DNA of 64,000 nt, from assembly GCA_023667145.1 (NCBI GenBank), contig JAMPAQ010000001.1:1375118-1439117 (forward strand), given 5' to 3'. The notes below the pieces were generated by a model, which searched no databases, was not told the DNA's origin, and worked only from the letters and a program-made list of their open reading frames with translations. The translations under genes were made by a program, and so were the position numbers. The DNA comes from Pseudoflavonifractor sp. (lineage in GTDB: Bacteria > Bacteroidota > Bacteroidia > Bacteroidales > Muribaculaceae). This document shows positions 60,261 to 64,000 of this stretch, in pieces. Each line of letters starts with the position of its first letter. Position 1 is the first letter of the stretch.

Positions 60261-61472
60261 ATGGCTTCTATAAAGGTGAAATTGCGTCGGTCGTCAGTGG
60301 ATGGCCGCGAGGGCAGGATTTACTATCAGTTGACTCATCGCCGCCGGGTGAGGCAGGTATCGACGGGCTACACGGTATTTCCCGACGAGATGGCGGCTAT
60401 AACAGTGCCGGGGATCATGCCGGCGTGGATGCGCCGGGAATATCTGTCGGGCGTGAGGGATGCTGTTGGCAGTGACCTGGCGGCGTTTGAGGCGTTGGTG
60501 ACCAAGCTGGATAAGGATGGGGTGAGATATACCGTCGATGACTTGGTCGTGCGGCTCAGGCGCAGGCCGACACGGCGCGGGTGGCTGTTTGTCTATATGG
60601 ACGAGATTATCGTGAGCCTGCGTGACGCGGGCAGGGAGCGCACAGCCGAGGCATACGCGAGTACGCTGCGCAGCATCCGGCGCTTCAGGAGCGGGATCGA
60701 CGTGAGGCTGAGCGCTGTCGATGCCCGGCTCGTCGGGGAGTATGAGCAATGGCTGCTGTCGTCGGGTGTCGTGAAAAACACGGTATCGTTCTATATGCGG
60801 ATTTTCAGGGCTGTCTATTCCCGTGCTGTTGACGAGGAGCTGGTCGAGTACCGCAGACCGTTCCGACACGTCTATACCGGCGTTGACAAGACGGTCAAGC
60901 GTGCGTTGCCCCTCGACGTGGTGAGGCGTATCAGGTCGCTAGACTTGTCGAGTAGCCCGTTGCATGAGTTTGCCCGCGACATCTTCATGTTCAGTTTCTA
61001 CACACGCGGCATGTCGTTTGTGGACATCGCGTTTCTGCGCAAGGCCGATGTGTCGGGAGGGGTGCTGACCTATAGCCGCCGCAAGACGGGGCAGACCCTG
61101 AGGCTGAGATGGGAGAGGCCGATGCGCGAGATCGCGGCACGGTATGCGGGGGAGGGGAGTCCCTACCTGCTGTCGGTGATAAGACCCGGCCACGGGATGG
61201 AGCGTCGTCAGTACAGGAGTGCGCTCTCGTTGGTCAACCGCAAGCTCAAGGATGTGGGGCGCATGTTGGGGCTTGCGATGCCGCTGACGATGTATGTTGC
61301 CCGTCACTCGTGGGCGAGCATCGCTAAGGGATGTCGGGTGCCGCTCTCGGTGATAAGCGAGGGCATGGGCCATGAGTCAGAGTCGACCACGCGCATATAC
61401 CTCGCGTCGCTCGACATGTCGGAAGTCGACAATGCCAACGCCATGATACTCGGCATGGTGAGCGCGAAGTGA
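60261..61472 (+). CDS. Tyrosine-type site-specific recombinase/integrase (Bacteroidota type with N-terminal arm-binding domain)
   Basis: The ATG at 60261 gives MASIKVKLRRSSVDGREGRIYYQLTHRRRV (the ORF-track start at 60255 is TTG). The C-terminal catalytic region has ARHSWAS (HxxR) and GHESESTTRIYL (His...Tyr). Confidence 0.85.
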   Translation: MASIKVKLRRSSVDGREGRIYYQLTHRRRVRQVSTGYTVFPDEMAAITVPGIMPAWMRREYLSGVRDAVGSDLAAFEALVTKLDKDGVRYTVDDLVVRLRRRPTRRGWLFVYMDEIIVSLRDAGRERTAEAYASTLRSIRRFRSGIDVRLSAVDARLVGEYEQWLLSSGVVKNTVSFYMRIFRAVYSRAVDEELVEYRRPFRHVYTGVDKTVKRALPLDVVRRIRSLDLSSSPLHEFARDIFMFSFYTRGMSFVDIAFLRKADVSGGVLTYSRRKTGQTLRLRWERPMREIAARYAGEGSPYLLSVIRPGHGMERRQYRSALSLVNRKLKDVGRMLGLAMPLTMYVARHSWASIAKGCRVPLSVISEGMGHESESTTRIYLASLDMSEVDNANAMILGMVSAK

Positions 61473-61494
61473 CGTGGCGGATGCCCCGGCGGCG

Positions 61495-61983
61495 CTATGA
61501 CTTAGTTGAGCTGAACGATATGCGCTTGAACAGCAGTATCGGTATCATCTGACCCACGACCATGGCGAGGATGACAAAGGTGCATGTCAGGCCATTGAAC
61601 TCGCACAGGTAGAAGTAGTGGCCAAATTCGTCCTCGCCCGAGGCCGAGAGTGCCATGATGAAAGCCTGGAGGGTGCGGTAGGCATAGATGCCCGGTATCA
61701 TGGGCAACAGCGACGGGAAGGCGAACGTCTCGGGTGGGCACTTGATGCGCGGGGCGATGATGATGGCGAGCAGTCCGACTATTATCGCCCCGACGAGACT
61801 CGCGGGCACGATGTTGATGGAGGCGAGGTTCATCATGCAGTAGCGGGCGGCATGACCCGTGCCGGCAATCAGCGCACAGTATTTGAGTGCCTGGCGGGGT
61901 GGGTTGCTGATGGCGGCAAACCCCGTTCCGGCTATGGCGGCGAATATCGCGTCCTGGATTATGTCGGTGATTATGGCGCTCAT
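61495..61983 (-). CDS. Threonine/serine exporter family protein, small subunit (ThrE_2/DUF3815)
   Basis: 162 aa, about 5 TM segments. It lies directly downstream of the DUF1212-type partner. Confidence 0.7.
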   Translation of the reverse strand: MSAIITDIIQDAIFAAIAGTGFAAISNPPRQALKYCALIAGTGHAARYCMMNLASINIVPASLVGAIIVGLLAIIIAPRIKCPPETFAFPSLLPMIPGIYAYRTLQAFIMALSASGEDEFGHYFYLCEFNGLTCTFVILAMVVGQMIPILLFKRISFSSTKS

Positions 61984-62004
61984 TGTCGTTGGTCTGTTTA
62001 TGGG

Positions 62005-62838
62005 TCAGAATATCTTGATGTTCATTATCAGGAAGCCGCCGGTGAGACCGAGCGCTATGCAGCCGGTCAGCAGCAACGCGCTCATGAACCGGCTGAAGGC
62101 ACAGAGGTAGTGGCCGTCAATCATGTCACTGACGCTGTTGATGTAGGGGATACCGGGTATCAGGTAGAGTACGCTGGTGCCGAGCGCTATCTCCGGCTCG
62201 GCGCAGCAGCCAAACACGTATCCGGCCGACCCGACGACCGCCGACAGGAACGAGCACATCAGAAATACGATCTTGAGGTCAATCCTCCGTGACAGCAGTA
62301 TGTTCTTGAGCGTGTAGCCCATGAGCGTGGCGAGGGCGACGATGGTCATTGCGTCCCAGCCGCCGCCAAAGAGATGGCAGAACGAGGCATTGGCCGCGAC
62401 CACGAGCAACATCACCACCCATGGATTGAATGGTGGTGTGGCGATGATCTGCCTGAATGACTCGGCTGACTCGTCGATGGTCTCGCGTCCCTCGGCCACA
62501 TCCCAGCTGAGGCGGCTCAGGCGTGTGTTGATGCAGTAGCTCACGGGCACTTTGGGGATGCCTCGGGAGTACTGGCACGTGGCCCCGGAGAGGTCGTCGG
62601 TCAGCGATACCACGATGTGGGCCGGCAGTATAATCATGTCGGCGCTCATGCCGATGGTCTGCGACATGCGGTTGATATTTTTGCTGATGCGGATGCACGT
62701 CGCGCCACAACCGAGCATGTAGGCGGCATAGTCGGCCAGGTAACGGCACAGCCGCCGGGGCCGTTGGTCGTGTATGCGGCTGTCGGGACGCGTGGCGGTG
62801 TCGTCGTCAGGTATTCGGGTCGCGTTTTCTCGGGTCAT
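62005..62838 (-). CDS. Threonine/serine exporter family protein, large subunit (ThrE/DUF1212)
   Basis: The conserved core starts around LADYAAYMLGCGATCIRISKNINRM. I prefer the ATG at 62838. An alternative ATG at 62958 adds a Q/T/N-rich extension. Confidence 0.7.
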   Translation of the reverse strand: MTRENATRIPDDDTATRPDSRIHDQRPRRLCRYLADYAAYMLGCGATCIRISKNINRMSQTIGMSADMIILPAHIVVSLTDDLSGATCQYSRGIPKVPVSYCINTRLSRLSWDVAEGRETIDESAESFRQIIATPPFNPWVVMLLVVAANASFCHLFGGGWDAMTIVALATLMGYTLKNILLSRRIDLKIVFLMCSFLSAVVGSAGYVFGCCAEPEIALGTSVLYLIPGIPYINSVSDMIDGHYLCAFSRFMSALLLTGCIALGLTGGFLIMNIKIF

Positions 62839-63002
62839 GGCGTTTGGCGTGAAACGTTTATTTTTGATGTCGGTGGTCGCAGATTGTCTGCGGCTCCCGG
62901 TTGTCAGTTGTTGCTGATTATTGGTGGTTGGTGGCTGCTTGTGGTTGACGGTTGCCATCGGATCCTGATTGTCGGTAGTCGGTGGCCGGTTGTGGTCAAT
63001 CT

Positions 63003-63200
63003 CTACTCGCTATCCTCACAGTCATCATCATCGCAGAACAGCTCTGAGCGGTCAAACGATATCAGCGGAAGCCGATGCAGTCGGCTATGCTGGTGCCTGT
63101 GGGGCAGGTTGCGTATGATGTAGGTGATCATGCCTATCGCCGAGGCGCAGACAATAAATATCCATAATATCTTTGTCGGTTCAAGTAAGTCAGTCTCCAT
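63003..63200 (-). CDS. Possible small membrane protein (65 aa)
   Basis: ATG start, one clear TM segment (ILWIFIVCASAIGMITYII) and an acidic/Cys C-terminus. It lies 45 nt upstream of the thrE pair. There is no homology evidence. Confidence 0.25.
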   Translation of the reverse strand: METDLLEPTKILWIFIVCASAIGMITYIIRNLPHRHQHSRLHRLPLISFDRSELFCDDDDCEDSE

Positions 63201-63217
63201 ATCCTCACTCCTTTCAT

Positions 63218-63288
63218 TGTGTCCTTATGCAGGCCCTTTTGTTACGGCCCTGCGCAAGTCCTCTTGTGTCCTTACGCAAGCCCTTTTG
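63218..63288. repeat. 24-bp direct repeat, two copies 47 bp apart
   Basis: tgtgtccttatgcaggcccttttg (63218-63241) and tgtgtccttacgcaagcccttttg (63265-63288). Confidence 0.7.
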
Positions 63289-63680
63289 AGGTCTTGCCGA
63301 TTATAAAATGTGTGTCTTCTACCAATAAAACACCCACCGCGCCCACTTGTTTGCCTCACCCCCCCCCATTCAGCCAATATTCGGGCATCACTATGCACCG
63401 TTCATGGCATCCCCAAATATTCCCACGGTCCCATACCTCAACAGGGACTATGACACAGATTTCATCGATATAAAAGTGTTTCAGGTATTTATGATTCGAC
63501 GAATGGAACATTATCATGATTACGAGAATCTCGGCCTGGGACATGCGGCAATCACGGTGATAGTGCCGTTTCCCATTTTTCTGGGTCTTGTCGAGACCTC
63601 AACGGAGAAGCATATTGGAGAATTTGCGCGTAAAATGCGTGCAAAATCATTCACGATTTGCACAATCCAAAAAAGTTTCT

Positions 63681-63688
63681 TACCTTTG
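63681..63688 (+). promoter_or_regulatory. -7 box TACCTTTG for tRNA-Ser
   Basis: Exact TAnnTTTG match 19 nt upstream of the tRNA 5' end. Confidence 0.5.
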
Positions 63689-63706
63689 TGGCCACAATAA
63701 AGCCAT

Positions 63707-63791
63707 GGAGAGATGGCAGAGTGGTCGATTGCGGCGGTCTTGAAAACCGTTGAGGGTCACACCTCCGGGGGTTCGAATCCCTCTCTCTCCG
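63707..63791 (+). tRNA. tRNA-Ser (anticodon UGA)
   Basis: Hand-folded cloverleaf. Acceptor GGAGAGA/TCTCTCC, anticodon stem GCGGT/ACCGT with loop CTTGAAA, long variable arm, T arm GGGGG-TTCGAAT-CCCTC and discriminator G. No encoded CCA. Confidence 0.9.
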
Positions 63792-63803
63792 CTTTACTAT
63801 CTT

Positions 63804-63847
63804 AGCGACCCTTGTAAGTGGCTCACTTACAAGGGTCGCTTGTTTTG
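63804..63847 (+). terminator. Intrinsic terminator of tRNA-Ser
   Basis: agcgacccttgtaagtg / cacttacaagggtcgct 17-bp stem followed by TGTTTTG. Confidence 0.75.
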
Positions 63848-64000
63848 TAACGTTGTCCTACATATAAGGGAGCAGTTGCAAAACGGGGCAGCTGCAAAAG
63901 CCGGTTGAAATGGAGTTTCAACTCTTGAAAACGAATTGAATTATTTGGTTTTTGTAAAGTCGGTTTCGGATGGAATTATACGCAACAAAGTCTTGGCTTG

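Noticed and set aside
63347-63700. 117-aa plus-strand ORF upstream of tRNA-Ser.
   Set aside because: It has a TTG start and runs through the C9 tract and the tRNA promoter box. The translation has no signal, TM segment or motif.

Overview
This looks like a chromosomal, mostly housekeeping segment of a Bacteroidota genome. That assignment is an inference from TAnnTTTG -7 promoter boxes in front of many genes, several T9SS-type C-terminal sorting domains, and the DUF1573, LptE, SecG and sigma-54 activator neighbourhood. The relatively GC-rich composition suggests a Bacteroidales or Muribaculaceae-like lineage. There are about 50 genes, mostly on the minus strand. They include a partial sensor kinase, a C1 peptidase, meaB, recA, mutS, an XRE-HTH/S24 LexA-like repressor, mrp, trmB, gap, mscL and a carboxynorspermidine-dehydrogenase-like gene. 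Also present are lutABC, mgtE, rsmA, slyD, secG, an lptE-like gene, a sigma-54 activator, pfkA, a TolC-MFP-RND efflux operon, DUF1846, pckA, ppiD, metK, a tyrosine integrase, a thrE pair and tRNA-Ser(UGA). Two visibly AT-richer insertions stand out. One is a Sau3AI-type R-M pair (MutH-like nuclease plus C5 methyltransferase) at 21.3-24.1 kb. The other is a BspA-type LRR gene cassette at 53.3-56.1 kb, bracketed by a 222-bp duplication of the ppiD 3' end. I did not recognise a clear new multi-gene system. The least explained signals are non-coding: (1) a 1.4-kb gene-free mosaic at 18.0-19.4 kb built as a degenerate palindrome of modules whose hairpins carry compensatory substitutions; (2) a two-copy ~85-nt structured element at 25.8 and 50.1 kb; (3) a 128-nt long hairpin; (4) a pseudoknot-capable metK leader; and (5) an orphan plus-strand terminator next to an orphan integrase. 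A four-fold FFWxDDPGxG repeat T9SS protein coupled to a beta-helix protein is the most unusual coding feature. All functional calls come from motif recognition by eye, and no database search was run. Several ORF-track starts are TTG or GTG, or upstream extensions, and I re-set them to the ATG that precedes a signal peptide or conserved N-terminus.
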